Of a DNA stretch of 64,000 bases, positions 1-46,121 are shown in pieces. Positions within the stretch are counted from its first letter, which is position 1, and each line of letters opens with the position of its first letter. The DNA is taken from the NCBI GenBank assembly GCA_002269645.1, contig NIVC01001556.1, positions 1 to 64,000 of the forward strand, given 5' to 3'. Position numbers and translations under genes: made by a program. The stretch is from Macrostomum lignano. Taxonomy: Eukaryota. The notes under the pieces are model-generated. The model was not told where the DNA came from, ran no database searches, and was given only the letters and a program-made list of their open reading frames with translations.

Positions 1-941
1 GGAATCAACCGGTTTAAAAACTAAGATGCAGAATACTTTCTCTGCGCCATCTAGTTGCGGAGAAAATCCATTGTAAGCACACTCTTCGACTTTAGCGCCA
101 AGTCACTCTTTTATCTGTGATCTCTTCTATCTTATCACTGATCTCGAAACAAGCTATTTGTAAGACTTTGTTTTCATTTTATAATTCAATGCATTAAATA
201 GTTGTCAACAACTAATTGTGTCGCAATTCAAACTGGCCCATATTGTGCCCATTGCGCCCGATCGACTGCAAGGTGGCCTCAAAATGTGGCAGCGAACGGC
301 AAAGCCGCTGCAATTGCGCGGCTCATCCAAGGCCTGTGCACAGCTTGTGTACAGTGCTGGCACTGTGGGGGTGTTGGCAACTCCCACCCGAGAATATCGA
401 GCGCAAACATACGAGTTAAATTTCAAGCTAATTTTTCCCCCGTCGGGAGTTTGGCTTTTGACCATAGACAAAACCTGACTTAAAATCTGTTGTTGTAAGC
501 AGAAACTATCTCTCTTTATTGGATGGAATTTGGATGGAATCTCGTCCCCAGAATGAGTAGACATCTTTTGTCCATGGTCCATCTGGACTAAACTGTCCAC
601 TCTCATTACTGGAGTGAAGCATTTGTTAAAGGAATTTACGCCAGTCCAGTTGTCTCATTTTTTTCATTCTGCAATGGTGCAACCGAGACTGCGTGAAAAT
701 TGGCTCGCCCAACGTTCAAATACCAAGCGGCTAACACAAGATATGACGATTTTTTGTGCCCGATACGTCGCAGTAACAGATGCCGCGAACATAACTTTGC
801 AATGATTTAAGCGAAAAGAACTCGCTCTGATTGCAAGGCGATATTTGGATGGCAAATCTGGCCAGCTATATTAGCGTCCCTTGATCCATGCATTGTTTTT
901 CACTCAGCCCCAATGAGCTATCGATCTAGAAAGTGAAACTA

Positions 942-17816
<16,875 letters not shown>

Positions 17817-18424
17817 TTCTATAAGTTTAAATTAAAATTACAGCAGCTAGTAAAGCTAAAATTTTACCCGAAAAAAATTAATCTAGATTTAAGGCGCGTC
17901 AGCGTCGCTAGTATGCTGCCGTAACATAAGATTAAGAGATAAATAATTGTGAAGCCAATGTGAATCAATGAATTTCCGGATACAAAGTCTAATATATTTT
18001 AAATAAAATAGCTGTTAAAAAATTAATACCTAGCTTTAAACGTGATACTGCGCTACGAAAAGTCTTTCTCGACTACGCCTTGCGATAAAAATGCTGCCGA
18101 AAGATACGAGTTAAAAGCACGCCACTTTCTGTGTACATCGATGTTCCTATCGTTGATAACGAAAAATGTTAATGATTTACAGGATTTTAAAAAGCCATTG
18201 TGACGTCAGCGCATTTTGTTTTTTTAGCACTAAACTAAACAAAAGCAAAGACTCTAACGAAAGTAACGACTACTTCATCGCTATGTATTTTGTATTTATA
18301 AATGATGTATTGTAGGAATGATTCACCCATTTCAACACAGTGCCTAAATTTAAATCCTAGTTTTTTAAATCAAGGTATCTGAAAGCATATTAGGTTTTGA
18401 GGTTAAACAGAATCTATTACTATC

Positions 18425-19244
<820 letters not shown>

Positions 19245-19635
19245 TTCCAGCTGCCTTAATCGTTTCCGGTGATCTTGTGTGCGTGCTTTCAGCTTGATTG
19301 GCTGCAGCAAGCAAGCTCGAAAGAGCTCGCTTCGCTCGCTCTTTCTCGCTATCTACCATCTATTGCCAGGACCTGCACCGGAGCGGTTACGAAAATTAGA
19401 TTTCTCGGTAGTTGCTCGCACTCTTTTGCACTACTTGAGTAGTCTGATTTTCGTTCGGCATGGCTGGTTCCAGCAGGTAGTTCCTCTGGATAAAAGCGCT
19501 TTTCCAGCTGCCTTAATCGTTTCCGGTGATCTTGTGTGAGTGCTTTCAGCTTGATTGGCTGCGGCAAGCAAGCTCGAAAGAGCTCGCTTCGCTCGCTCTT
19601 TCTCGCTATCTACTATCTATCTATCTATCTATCTA

Positions 19636-19760
19636 TCTCCTATATACTAAAAATTTGATGTGATAGATTAGAGAAAAAACGGCTTAACCGATTTTCATGA
19701 GACTTGCACTGTTCGATCAGAAATTTTCCTGTGACGGTACATGTGTCTTGGCTAAGAAAT
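19636..19760 (+). mobile_element. Possible non-autonomous Helitron/HINE-like 5' block
   Basis: tcctatatactaaaaa..AAAAAACGGCTTAACCGATTTTCATGAGACTTG resembles the 5' block I recall from invertebrate Helitron-like short elements. The 3' end was not identified. Confidence 0.35.
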
Positions 19761-20244
19761 TCTTCGATGCTAAAGGCATTAAATATTCGAAAAACATGCT
19801 TTTTTGCAAAGGTCAAGCAAACTTTTCGACTTGAAATGCATTGTAAGAATGCTAGAGAAAAAACTGACTGGTTGAATTCTGATTCTGAAATAGATTGCAT
19901 CATAACTGAATTGTAACTCCAACTTGAATTGCGTCGCAGTATTGAAAATGCGGTGTGGAAGTGTAGCACCAGACTTGATTTAGACTGCGTAACCATATTC
20001 TCAACTTTAATTGAGACTGATACTGACTTGCCTGGGAAATTGATTATGTCATAACTGCTTCGTGAGTGAGTGTTGAATAATATAAGTGCTACAATTTCAT
20101 TTATAAATTCGATAAGATCTAGCCTAGAAGTGAACAGACTGGACTGCTAATGCAGCGACCTGGGTTCGAATGATAGTAGTGAAAAGTTTTTTATTAAAAG
20201 CTTTTATTAAAGGACAAATAAAGGACAAAAGGCGTCAGGTAAAA

Positions 20245-20390
20245 ATCATAGAAGCGTCATGTAAACAATCATAGAAGCGTTATGCAAAAATCATAGAAGC
20301 GTCCTGTAAAAATCATAGAAGCGTCATGTTAAAATCATAGAAGCGTCATGTAAACAATCATAGAAGCGTCATGTAAAAACTAATAAAAGT
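20245..20390. repeat. About 22-bp repeat (ATCATAGAAGCGTCATGTAAAA)n
   Basis: Direct reading, about 6 units. Confidence 0.85.
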
Positions 20391-21280
20391 TTCATTTAAT
20401 AAATTAAGAAGCATCATGGTAGAATAAAAGAAGCGTCATGTCAGACATGAAAGGTGTCATGTAAAAATTAAATGAAGCTATAGTGCTATGCTAGGGAGAA
20501 AAACTGAGACGTCAAGGCTCACAGAGAATAACTGAGATTACGGGGGGGGTTTCTGAGATGTCAAAGCAAAAGTCAGAAGCTACTTCAAAATTCATGTACT
20601 TTACTCAATTTTTTTATTACATTCTTTGTTGGCTCGCCACGGGGGGGGGCGCTGTTAGAAGAAGAGTCATGTAAAAAAGAAAAGAAGCACTATGTATACA
20701 TAAAAGAAGAGTCATGTCGAAGTTAAAAGATTCATTTGGGAATTGCTACGATGTCAAAGCTTGGTGGAAATCGTTATAGTGCTGTGATTCTTAAAGAAGG
20801 AATCACTAAAATGTCAAGGCTTAGGGGAGAAGAATTTCTGAGATTTCAAGGCTTTAGGTTGGGTTAAAGTTAGGTTTAGTTCAGGTGTGGGTTTGAGGGT
20901 TATATTTTATCGGGTTTCAAGGTTAACAGGGGATTTTTTAGATTTCAAGGTTTATGGAGGCCATCGCTGACATGTCAAGGCTTACGGGGGGAATAGCTGA
21001 GATGTCAAGGCTCACGGGGGTATAAATGAGATTTCAAGGCTAAAGTCAGAAGCTACATGTAGTTTATTGAAAACTTTTTATTACATTATCTGATGCCTCC
21101 TCTGGGGAGGGATCGCTGATAAAAAAAGCGTAATGTAAAAAATAAAATAAGCTTCATGTCGAAGTTAAGAGATTCATTTGGGAATCCCTACGATGTCGAG
21201 GCTTGCAGGGAATCGCTATAATGCTGTAGTAGTGCTATTATGACTCTCAGAGAGAATTACTGAAATGTCAATGTTTTAAG

Positions 21281-21360
21281 GTTAGGGTTAGGGTTAGGGT
21301 TAGGGTTAGGCTAGGGTTAGGGTTAGGGTTAGGCTAGGGTTAGGCTAGGGTTAGGGTTAG
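21281..21360 (+). repeat. Interstitial telomere-type (TTAGGG)n with CTAGGG variants
   Basis: About 13 units, read directly. Confidence 0.9.
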
Positions 21361-21484
21361 AAGGTTGACAGATATTTTTAGATTTCCAAGGCTTATTGAG
21401 GGCATTGCTGAGATGTCAAGGGGGGGAGTTGATATGTTAAAGCTTGTGGGGGGGAATTACTGACATGTCAAGGCTTACAAGGTT

Positions 21485-21485
<1 letters not shown>

Positions 21486-21515
<30 letters not shown>

Positions 21516-21560
21516 GTCTATCTATCTATCTATCTATATATCTATCTATCTATCTATCTG

Positions 21561-21621
<61 letters not shown>

Positions 21622-21622
21622 A

Positions 21623-21680
<58 letters not shown>

Positions 21681-21697
21681 CCTATCTACCTATCTAT
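21486..21697. repeat. (CTAT)n microsatellite
   Basis: Direct reading. Confidence 0.97.
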
Positions 21698-21935
21698 TCA
21701 TATAATACATACAGTATTAGTTGCACACTACTACGGGTAGCATCATATGGCTATCTTGTCAACAAATCGCTAGAGCGGCAGTCGATTGTCCAATTAAAAT
21801 ACAACGTCGTACTGTACGCAGCCCTCATGTGTAAGATTGCTATAAGTGTAAGCATTGTTGCTAGCTGATTCATTTCTAGACACGGACAAACCAGTGAGTA
21901 ATACGACCAACAGTTCAGAGCAATAGGTTTGCAAG

Positions 21936-31808
<9,873 letters not shown>

Positions 31809-32267
31809 AAGCCGTTCCCATGACAACCAATTTTAATTTGAATGCTGCATGGACGATAAAAACAGAATGATCAGATTTTTCTTCAAATCGGATTGGCGCC
31901 ATTGCAACTTCTGAATTGCTAGTGAATTAAGTCTGCTTTTTTCCAAGTCTGATTCCCATTTTTAAAACTAAATTTTTAAATTAAATTCGTTAAAATGCTA
32001 CCAGAGCAAGCAAGCAAAGTTTATAACTCAGTCAACCTCGAAACAAAACATTGTCTTCTTGCTTCATAAGCGATTCGTGATTTGAGTAGGTTAAATTATC
32101 TACCTTGTTATCGCTAAGAACTTTATATTTGAATTTCGTCAATGCATTGTGAAGACAAAAACCGTCACAATCGAAATTTCAACGATTTGCGAGTGTAGCT
32201 CATTATCTGTGCTTCAGTTGTCCATGAAATGAGTCATCTCACTGCGACAAAACTCAGGTTCGAGCTC

Positions 32268-32395
32268 TTTCACAGGGTGTACAGCGGGCTATTTTTTGTG
32301 CACAATTCTCAAAATTATCGCCGCGAACGGAATCGAATCAGGCATCGCGAGAGTCAGAGGCGCTACCGCTCGCTCAGTCACTCTGTGTCCTGACA
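32268..32395 (-). mobile_element. SINE family A 5' fragment
   Basis: Minus strand gcgagcggtagcgc..gattcgattccgttcgcggc matches the head at 37630-37700; also carries cacagggtgtacagcgg. Confidence 0.5.
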
Positions 32396-32663
32396 TGAAA
32401 CCATAGCAACTGTATAAATAGCAGCTATGTAACCATAGCAACTGTATAAACAACAGCTATGTAACCTTAGCAACTGTATCTACGACACTTTTACTTTTAA
32501 AAAATTGCACTTAATATTAAAAAACAAAAAACATTTTTGTTTTTTTCTTGAAGCAGGCATAACTTGTTTTCTTTTCGTCTTTTCTAATTTAAAGTAAATG
32601 TTTTTAAAAAACTACGCATATAATCAGAGCTCTATGGTAGCGTAGCGGTTCTTATAAAATCAT

Positions 32664-35092
32664 CAGGTGTAGCTGATAGCTTAGCCAGGTGTAGCTGATA
32701 GCTTAGCCAGGTGTAGCTGATAGCTTAGCCAGGTGTAGCTGATAGCTTAGCCAGGTGTAGCTGATAGCTTAGCCAGGTGTAGCTGATAGCTTAGCCAGGT
32801 GTAGCTGATAGCTTAGCCAGGTGTAGCTGATAGCTTAGCCAGGTGTAGCTGAAAGCTTAGCCAGGTGTAGCTGATAGCTTAGCCAGGTGTAGCTGATAGC
32901 TTAGCCAGGTGTAGCTGATAGCTTAGCCAGGTGTAGCTGATAGCTTAGCCAGGTGTAGCTGATAGCTTAGCCAGGTGTAGCTGATAGCTTAGCCAGGTGT
33001 AGCTGAAAGCTTAGCCAGGTGTAGCTGATAGCTTAGCCAGGTGTAGCTGATAGCTTAGCCAGGTGTAGCTGATAGCTTAGCCAGGTGTAGCTGATAGCTT
33101 AGCCAGGTGTAGCTGATAGCTTAGCCAGGTGTAGCTGATAGCTTAGCCAGGTGTAGCTGATAGCTTAGCCAGGTGTAGCTGATAGCTTAGCCAGGTGTAG
33201 CTGATAGCTTAGCCAGGTGTAGCTGATAGCTTAGCCAGGTGTAGCTGATAGCTTAGCCAGGTGTAGCTGATAGCTTAGCCAGGTGTAGCTGATAGCTTAG
33301 CCAGGTGTAGCTGATAGCTTAGCCAGGTGTAGCTGATAGCTTAGCCAGGTGTAGCTGATAGCTTAGCCAGGTGTAGCTGATAGCTTAGCCAGGTGTAGCT
33401 GATAGCTTAGCCAGGTGTAGCTGATAGCTTAGCCAGGTGTAGCTGATAGCTTAGCCAGGTGTAGCTGACAGCTTAGCCAGGTGTAGCTGATAGATTAGCC
33501 AGGTGTAGCTGATAGCTTAGCCAGGTGTAGCTGATAGCTTAGCCAGGTGTAGCTGATAGCTTAGCCAGGTGTAGCTGATAGCTTAGCCAGGTGTAGCTGA
33601 TAGATTAGCCAGGTGTAGCTGATAGCTTAGCCAGGTGTAGCTGATAGCTTAGCCAGGTGTAGCTGATAGCTTAGCCAGGTGTAGCTGATAGCTTAGCCAG
33701 GTGTAGCTGATAGCTTAGCCAGGTGTAGCTGATAGCTTAGCCAGGTGTAGCTGAAAGCTTAGCCAGGTGTAGCTGATAGCTTAGCCAGGTGTAGCTGATA
33801 GCTTAGCCAGGTGTAGCTGATAGCTTAGCCAGGTGTAGCTGATAGCTTAGCCAGGTGTAGCTGATAGCTTAGCCAGGTGTAGCTGATAGCTTAGCCAGGT
33901 GTAGCTGAAAGCTTAGCCAGGTGTAGCTGATAGCTTAGCCAGGTGTAGCTGATAGCTTAGCCAGGTGTAGCTGATAGCTTAGCCAGGTGTAGCTGATAGC
34001 TTAGCCAGGTGTAGCTGATAGCTTAGCCAGGTGTAGCTGATAGATTAGCCAGGTGTAGCTGATAGATTAGCCAGGTGTAGCTAATAGCTTAGCCAGGTGT
34101 AGCTGATAGCTTAGCCAGGTGTAGCTGATAGCTTAGCCAGGTGTAGCTGATAGCTTAGCCAGGTGTAGCTGATAGCTTAGCCAGGTGTAGCTGACAGCTT
34201 AGCCAGGTGTAGCTGATAGATTAGCCAGGTGTAGCTGATAGCTTAGCCAGGTGTAGCTGATAGCTTAGCCAGGTGTAGCTGATAGCTTAGCCAGGTGTAG
34301 CTGATAGCTTAGCCAGGTGTAGCTGATAGATTAGCCAGGTGTAGCTGATAGCTTAGCCAGGTGTAGCTGATAGCTTAGCCAGGTGTAGCTGATAGCTTAG
34401 CCAGGTGTAGCTGATAGCTTAGCCAGGTGTAGCTGATAGCTTAGCCAGGTGTAGCTGATAGCTTAGCCAGGTGTAGCTGAAAGCTTAGCCAGGTGTAGCT
34501 GATAGCTTAGCCAGGTGTAGCTGATAGCTTAGCCAGGTGTAGCTGATAGCTTAGCCAGGTGTAGCTGATAGCTTAGCCAGGTGTAGCTGATAGCTTAGCC
34601 AGGTGTAGCTGATAGCTTAGCCAGGTGTAGCTGAAAGCTTAGCCAGGTGTAGCTGATAGCTTAGCCAGGTGTAGCTGATAGCTTAGCCAGGTGTAGCTGA
34701 TAGCTTAGCCAGGTGTAGCTGATAGCTTAGCCAGGTGTAGCTGATAGCTTAGCCAGGTGTAGCTGATAGATTAGCCAGGTGTAGCTGATAGATTAGCCAG
34801 GTGTAGCTAATAGCTTAGCCAGGTGTAGCTGATAGCTTAGCCAGGTGTAGCTGATAGCTTAGCCAGGTGTAGCTGATAGCTTAGCCAGGTGTAGCTGATA
34901 GCTTAGCCAGGTGTAGCTGATAGCTTAGCCAGGTGTAGCTGAAAGCTTAGCCAGGTGTAGCTGATAGCTTAGCCAGGTGTAGCTGATAGCTTAGCCAGGT
35001 GTAGCTGATAGCTTAGCCAGGTGTAGCTGATAGCTTAGCCAGGTGTAGCTGATAGCTTAGCCAGGTGTAGCTGATAGCTTAGCCAGGTGTAG
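32664..35092 (+). repeat. 22-bp satellite (GTGTAGCTGATAGCTTAGCCAG)n, about 110 near-identical units
   Basis: Direct reading. Confidence 0.98.
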
Positions 35093-35548
35093 CCACTAAC
35101 TTTATCTGTCTCAGTTTTGCATTCACAATTGCAGCACCGCAGACTCTGTACTACGGGCCAAATAACAGCACCGCTCCCTGAACTGCGTCCGCCATATGCG
35201 CCATGTGTGACATGCAAGCTGCTCCACTGCACTACACTATAAAATTTTTATGTCACTTTCATTGCTTATAGAAGATTTTTTTGCATTGCAAATTTGCGTG
35301 TTTTTGTCTGTATTCTTGAAGTCTTCTAAAATCGTCTAAAACAAAAAAGATTGAAGTAATCAATAACCGCTAAAAACTAAAAACTTTAAGAAATTGTTTT
35401 CAATGCTTGGTTTGTAGATCTAAAACCCTTGCATTGGTGTATAGATCTACAAACCAAGCATTGGTGTCTATAGATTTGCAACCCAAGCATTGGTGTCTAG
35501 ATCTGCAACCCTAGCAATGGAGACTTGGTTTGCATGGGACGAGGCGGT

Positions 35549-35650
35549 TGGCGGCCTGGAGTCTGGCGGCCTGGAGTCTGGCGGCCTGGAGTCTGGCGGC
35601 CTGGAGTCTGGCGGCCTGGAGTCTGGCGGCCTGGAGTCTGGCGGCCTGGA
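35549..35650. repeat. 15-bp repeat (GGCGGCCTGGAGTCT)n
   Basis: About 7 units. Confidence 0.9.
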
Positions 35651-37214
35651 CGTCGAGCTTCTGAAGTCGGAGAAGCAGCTCCGTCTGCTGAAGCTGCGCA
35701 AAGAAACTGCCCTGCTACAGGCGGAGGTCAGACAGCTTCAGCGGCTGCCCACAGCTTCATTTTTAACCCCGGTGAATTGCTCATTAACCTGTGGTCAGAT
35801 GATAAGGATGCTGCGCTGCAGGAGCCCGCTTTGGGGGCCAGCAAGGTGTTTCGAATCCCCGAATTCAGCAATAAGAGGAAGCAGCAAGACTCAGGCGTTA
35901 CCCATGCAGTCAGGCAGACTTGCATTTAAAGTGAAGAGGCTGTTGTTGACTCGCTTACGTTTGGAGACTGGATCTCTGCGAATGCCGGGATTATGCTGAG
36001 GTTGCTGGATGACGGCAGTCTGGTGAAGAGTGCACATTGGCGAGCTGTTTGAACTCGGGTTTGACAGGGCTCATGATATGAGCTTCGAGAATGAGTGCAG
36101 CTTGAGTCAGAGAGATCGGATCTGGGACGAGTTGCCTGATGGCATCGCAGAATGCCCCAGCGACTAGGTAAGAAAACCTTTTCTAAGTAATGCTTTTCGA
36201 GTTAAGTTAAGTTACTAAGTTATTAATAGATCTGCCTCCAACTTTTGTAGTTTCCCGTCCCTAGTTATTGAGTAGTACATCTTTCATCTCTAGCAAGGTA
36301 AGATTGCTCTGGTCTGCCTACTCAAATTGACTTTAAAGCCTTGCGGCGCGAAAATGCCCGCGTCGACTCGCAAAAATTGCGGAATAAAAACTATTTACAT
36401 GATAAATTATATCTGATAAGGTTGTAGATAAAAGTTAAATGGTCCTCTCTCTGGACAAATATCCAGACTGTATGTAGAGTATCATTCATTCATAAAATGC
36501 TACTGTAAGTAGAGTAACGCAAACACGCGCAGCAAAAGTAAAACAATGAATCACGACCCTGATAAGGTAAACGGTGTCCTCACACCTATCGTATTCGAGC
36601 AAATTCTATTTAACTGTCAAAGGGTTCCGTCAAGTTCCTAAGATTTGACCTTTTCACCCCATCAAATTAAACCGGAATAAACCGATTTTTGCAAAAATTG
36701 TGTATGAATACAAGCGGAGCCTGAAAAACCTCAAACTCGGAGCAGTCCCAAAGGAGTTGGAAATTTTCGAGAGGAGCGGGACGACATCTCTGAGATAAAT
36801 CCGTGCCGCCTTCTGAGCCGTCATTTTCTTTGATTTTTGACAGCTGAGTTGTTATCGGCGATTTTGTTTATTGATTTTTGTTGAACTTTGAATTGAAGGC
36901 CTCCCTATTCCTAAGGGATTGGATAGGATCCTTGGGACCGATTCCGATACTCTTAGACGTTCATTACTTTGTGGTACCCTAGAGTAGCAGATAGGGGCAC
37001 ACGACTCCGATTCTGATATTTCTAGAAGAAGACGCCCTTTCTGGAGGACCTCGTTGCTATAGATTTGATTGTATTATTAGGCCGCATCTTTGATATTGAT
37101 TCCGAACTTGAAGAGTATATTAACGCCGAAGAAAAGAATTGTTACATTCACTAAGATGGTCTCATACGCTCCCACGCGGCCGACTTCAGAATCGACGAAG
37201 GGAATCCCGAAAGA

Positions 37215-43150
<5,936 letters not shown>

Positions 43151-44159
43151 TCAAGAAATGCTCACCGCTCACGCGCAGCAACCCCTCCGGGGTTGTGGGG
43201 GCGATAAAATCGATTTCTGCTTCTCTTGAACTGCCCAATAATTATTGATTCTCAGCGGGCGGGGTGGGGGCATAAAATTCCAACCCAACCCCCAGTTTTT
43301 GTTCTGTTCTTCTTCGTCTTTTCTTTCCCCGACATTTTCATTTCCGAGGAGAGGAAAGCAGTGCAGTGTGCATGTGGTGAACAATACGAATTCCCAAACC
43401 CAGTACAGCCTGTTCTGGATACATGATGCAGGCACTCGCCCCTCAGATGATCACTGTGCCCAGTAGGTCACCTTCATCAGTCTTTTGTTATCAATAATAG
43501 CACCTGTCAATCAAATTTACAGTGACAATGGTCAAAGAGTAGTGAGATTGCCTTACACAGAGTGATAATAAGCCGAAACTTGAAACCAATTTTCGAGCCA
43601 CCATCTATAGCTAACTGTGCCAGAGAAGCGATGTCCAGGTGGCCACACAAAATTCAACAGAATCTGCTGTCTTTATGCAGCAAAAGTCGCGGGCCTACGC
43701 AGAAATCTGTGCAGGAGCCGCTAGCTCCATGACAACTCGCTCGCTCTTCCGGCTCTGGTCGGTGATAGCTCGTACCTTCTGCACCAATGTCCGAGTTGGG
43801 CGCCTTAGCGCTCAACATCTCGAGCACGGTGCAACAGAAACCCGGTCCACATGTCGATTTTTGGCTTGAGCTCAACTTTGTCCTAAGTTAAGTTTATTTT
43901 AAATCGATAAGCTTGATTTTGCCTCGATGGGTGAGCATAACTGTTGAGAAGTTAATGTTCCTGTGCTAGATGGCCGGTCTGTGACTGTGTGGAAATTCAG
44001 GAGGCTGGCAAATCTGCAGGTTGTTTAACAACGAGGCTTTGCTTTAAAAACGTAGCTAATTAAAAATTAGCTGCACGACTCCCGCCCTCGTGAATAAAGT
44101 CCGAGGCGGAAAACCGAAGGTCAATAACTTTGCCACCATGCGGACAGGCAGCAGCGGGC

Positions 44160-44520
44160 TCAAGAAACTCTGCTTTGGATCCTCTGCGGTGAATCGCCTA
44201 TTGGAGTTGCTGTTGCTGTTCAGACTGGGCTGCATTTCGTTCTGTGAGGGCACGCTGGCCTGCTGCGCGCCGCCTTCAAGATCAGCTACGAGCGAGTGAC
44301 CAACAATAATTTTTATCACCGCGCCGGCCTGTCCCGTCCCAGCGACCTGTTGCGCCGTCGGCGACTCCAGCTGGCAGGCCACATCATCCGCGCCGAGTTG
44401 TACTGCCCAGAGCCGGTGCAGGAGGTGCTGCTGCTGACGCTGCAGGCACCCTACTGGCGGGGGCAGGCCCGCACTCGGCGTTTCGTCGACTGCCTGCTGG
44501 CTGACGCCGGCGCCCTCGGA
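44160..44520 (+). mobile_element. 3' fragment of an RTE-like non-LTR retrotransposon ORF
   Basis: LLRAAFKISYERVTNNNFYHRAGLSRPSDLLRRRRLQLAGHIIRAE..GQARTRRFVD matches the RL.WAGH..R..RGRPR.RW.D C-terminal signature of RTE-type reverse transcriptases. Frameshifted upstream. Confidence 0.65.
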
Positions 44521-46121
44521 TTCGGCCGGTGGCGTAGCGTTCCTTCCCGACCTAGCCCTGAGGTGCACCTTGTGACGCTGAACGCGTATTCTGTTGTTTC
44601 TAATCAAAAAAATTATTAATGAATTATGCTATACAATTAAACTAGTTTTAATCTGTCTTTAGAACTTTAGATATTCGATAATTTTCTCAAAAATGATTGA
44701 AAAATCCCTCTAAAGCTCACGCCTGCTTTGTAAAATTCATCACGATCAGCTCATCGGCTCCCGACGACTGCGCATCAATCGTAGAGATTGTGACCAGTGA
44801 TGAGCTCGGTAATCATGAAGATCCAATCAGAACTCAGGCTTGAGGAATTGCACTATGTTTCTGTTTTTGGACATTCTTGAGCTCTTTGAAGTGAGATGTC
44901 ACCGCTTGAATTGCATGTTGATATCTTATATCTTGCTACTTTGTAGAAGATCCTATGCTTCGATTAAATCGAATGCATCTATACCTTTTACACTCGATGT
45001 CTGATGCCTGTCTGCAAATGTCTTGACCACCTGGCTAAAACAGTATGAAACATCAAGAACACAATTTCAGCCTACGCTCGAATAAACTGATCAGCCCCGA
45101 TGTTTTTCAGTAGTCATTAGGTAGAAATCAGTCAGACAATTTTGGGGCACCTCTAAGACCGACTAGCTCCCTCTTGACCTCTTGACCTTCCCATTCGGAG
45201 GCAGCATCGCCAGAATCCCAAACACGGTACAGCCAAAGGCCCAGACGTCTGTCTTCTGTGAGTGAGCGTTCTCACTGCTCAGGCGAACTGCTCAGGAGCC
45301 ATGTAGATAGGAACCAGACTCAAGCCGGCTTACGACTATGTAGATATTTGAGTGCTTCACGGATCTACTACTTTAACAATTTATCATGGTGCGAAAAGGC
45401 TGAAAAACAGAAGAAAAAACTTTTAATTTCCTCATTTCACTTTCTAACTACTGACATCAAACTATATATTATATATGCCGCTTCGTCATGGGCTCCAAGA
45501 GGTTTTTTGGACCCCAATGAGTGCTCGAAATGCCCAAAGTGGTACATTATTAACCCGAAGACATAAATTTGGAACTCTCAAATAGTATCTGCACAGTGTT
45601 CTTAGTAAAAATATGTTAAAAATAAAAGAAAATAGACTGGTGCAGTCCTTGAGCAGCTGCTGTACTCTAAATGAGCATGAGATGGTTTACAGAACAGCGC
45701 TGTAAATATGGATAGTGCTGTGAATTTATTGCTAGGCTCAATTGCTATTCAAGCTCATGAAGACAATAATTTTACCCCTTCCAGCCAAAATTGAAACGGA
45801 ATTTATCTTGTATTGTACAGAGAGCACACGAGGCTCTATTTATGGCACGAATCTAAGCTTGAGCTTAAGTTAAAGCTTAATGAACTTCATTAGAAACATA
45901 CTTCCTGCCTGTTGTTCTCAGTGATTTAAATGAGTACGAGTAGTAAATCAATGATCAAATCGGTCAAGCTGTCAAATTTGCCGTTAAACACTTCGATTTC
46001 TTCGCGCTATCTCCGCAATATATTTATTTATCTTTAAACCTTTTCCAGGACAAGACAACGCTGCAACCAGCTCTACTACTGGCTATTAGTAGTAGTATTG
46101 TCCGTCTCTATCCGTTGGCAA

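Noticed and set aside
202-900. ORFs 202-855 as the next PKC exons
   Set aside because: No frame contains the expected IIAYQPYG..DWW or PPF motifs; the remaining PKC exons must lie outside the window.
21281-21360. True chromosome end
   Set aside because: Only 80 bp, with genes continuing on both sides.
32664-35092. CRISPR-like regular array
   Set aside because: Head-to-tail identical units with no unique spacers, no cas genes, eukaryotic context. The same applies to all other arrays.
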